From NCBI GenBank assembly GCA_017410585.1, contig JAFQQM010000001.1, positions 7,343 through 71,342 on the forward strand: a stretch of DNA of 64,000 nt, in the 5' to 3' direction. The stretch comes from Clostridia bacterium (GTDB lineage Bacteria; Bacillota; Clostridia; Oscillospirales; Acutalibacteraceae). The position numbers and the translations under genes were made by a program. Within the stretch, counting starts at the first letter, position 1. Every line of letters starts with the position of its first letter. Positions 63,096-64,000 of this stretch are shown here, one piece after another. Under the pieces are notes generated by a model that made no database searches, was not told where the DNA came from, and saw nothing but the letters and a program-made list of their open reading frames with translations.

Positions 63096-64000
63096 ATGAT
63101 CTACGAAGGAAACGACGAACTGGATCTGGAAGACCGCTTGGTCTCCACCGGCTACCTGCCGGAGGACGATGCGGACAATCCGTTGCGTCCCAAACGCCTG
63201 ACCGAATACATCGGACAGGAGAAAAATAAGGAAAATCTTTCCATCTACATCAATGCCGCCCTGCAACGCCACGACGTGCTCGATCACGTGTTGCTGTACG
63301 GCCCTCCCGGTTTGGGTAAGACGACGCTGGCGGCCATCATTGCTGCCGAAATGGGGGTCAACTTCCGCGTCACTTCCGGTCCGGCGCTGGCTCGCCCCGG
63401 CGATCTGGCGGCGTTGTTGACCAGTTTGGAACCGGGCGACGTGCTGTTCATTGACGAGATCCACCGTCTGCCCCGCACGGTGGAGGAGATCCTCTATCCG
63501 GCGATGGAGGATTTCACCATCGACATTATGAACGGGAGCGGTCCGGGCGCGCAGTCTATCCACCTGCCGCTGGATAAATTCACCCTCATCGGTGCCACCA
63601 CCCGTGCCGGTCAGTTGTCGGCGCCTCTGCGCGACCGCTTCGGCGTCGTGTTGCGCTTGGAACTGTATACCAACGAGGAACTGGCAAAGATCGTCACCCG
63701 TAGCGCTCATATCCTCGGGATGGAGATCGATCCGGACGGTGCGATGGAGGTCGCATCCCGTAGCCGCGGTACGCCCCGTATTGCCAACCGCTTCTTGCGC
63801 CGCGTGCGTGACTTTGCGCAGGTGATGAACGGCGGTCATATCGACAAACACGCCGCCGACGTGGCATTGGCGCGGATGGAAGTGGACGAACTCGGTCTGG
63901 ATATGGTCGACCGTCGCCTGCTGGAAGGGATGATCAAGCACTACCGCGGCGGTCCGGTCGGTCTGGAGACCATCGCCGCCGTTATCGGCGAGGAAGCCAT
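63096..64000 (+). CDS. ruvB: Holliday junction DNA helicase RuvB (3' end beyond the window)
   Basis: Own translation: [12 protein letters not shown]...[14 protein letters not shown]...[10 protein letters not shown]...RGTPRIANR. The ORF is open at the window end. Confidence 0.95.
   Translation, partial: MIYEGNDELDLEDRLVSTGYLPEDDADNPLRPKRLTEYIGQEKNKENLSIYINAALQRHDVLDHVLLYGPPGLGKTTLAAIIAAEMGVNFRVTSGPALARPGDLAALLTSLEPGDVLFIDEIHRLPRTVEEILYPAMEDFTIDIMNGSGPGAQSIHLPLDKFTLIGATTRAGQLSAPLRDRFGVVLRLELYTNEELAKIVTRSAHILGMEIDPDGAMEVASRSRGTPRIANRFLRRVRDFAQVMNGGHIDKHAADVALARMEVDELGLDMVDRRLLEGMIKHYRGGPVGLETIAAVIGEEA

Noticed and set aside
62925-63941. A 338-aa minus-strand ORF.
   Set aside because: It is antisense to ruvA and ruvB.

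Overview
This is a high-GC, Firmicutes/Clostridia-type chromosomal window; that placement is inferred from gene content and synteny, with no database search. It contains no rRNA, tRNA or CRISPR array.

Layout from start to end:
- (1) 1-3.8 kb: a more AT-rich island. It holds two tandem BspA-type leucine-rich-repeat lipoproteins, bracketed by arrays of phased GATATC octamers, followed by a small ribbon-helix-helix protein.
- (2) 3.8-20.2 kb: a housekeeping block, mostly on the minus strand. Genes are a DUF3048 lipoprotein, efp, yqeG, rpsU, leuS, rsfS, an LCP protein, a nadD-yqeK fusion, yhbY, rdgB, ftsY, smc, rnc and plsX.
- (3) 20.8-31.5 kb: a compact 12-gene phage-like block. It encodes TerS, TerL, portal, scaffold, capsid, adaptor-like and tail-like proteins, a holin and an amidase. 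It has no integrase, repressor, replication or long-tail genes. I consider this the most interesting object: a candidate GTA-like or domesticated short-tailed particle.
- (4) 31.7-39.8 kb: metabolism. Genes are a galactokinase-like kinase, a cyclase-family protein, a SAM-I riboswitch with metK, ACT-hom-thrB-aspartokinase, and a pseudouridine synthase.
- (5) 39.9-62.3 kb: a roughly 21-kb operon driven by two consensus promoters plus a cre/LacI-type operator. It encodes two giant secreted proteins (3162 and 2581 aa) with many CBM-like modules and a GH42-like core. These flank a CUT1-type ABC sugar importer and are followed by a 47-aa acidic peptide and a LacI regulator.
- (6) 62.5-64 kb: ruvA and partial ruvB.

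Many long ORFs in the six-frame track are antisense artefacts of high-GC genes and were rejected.
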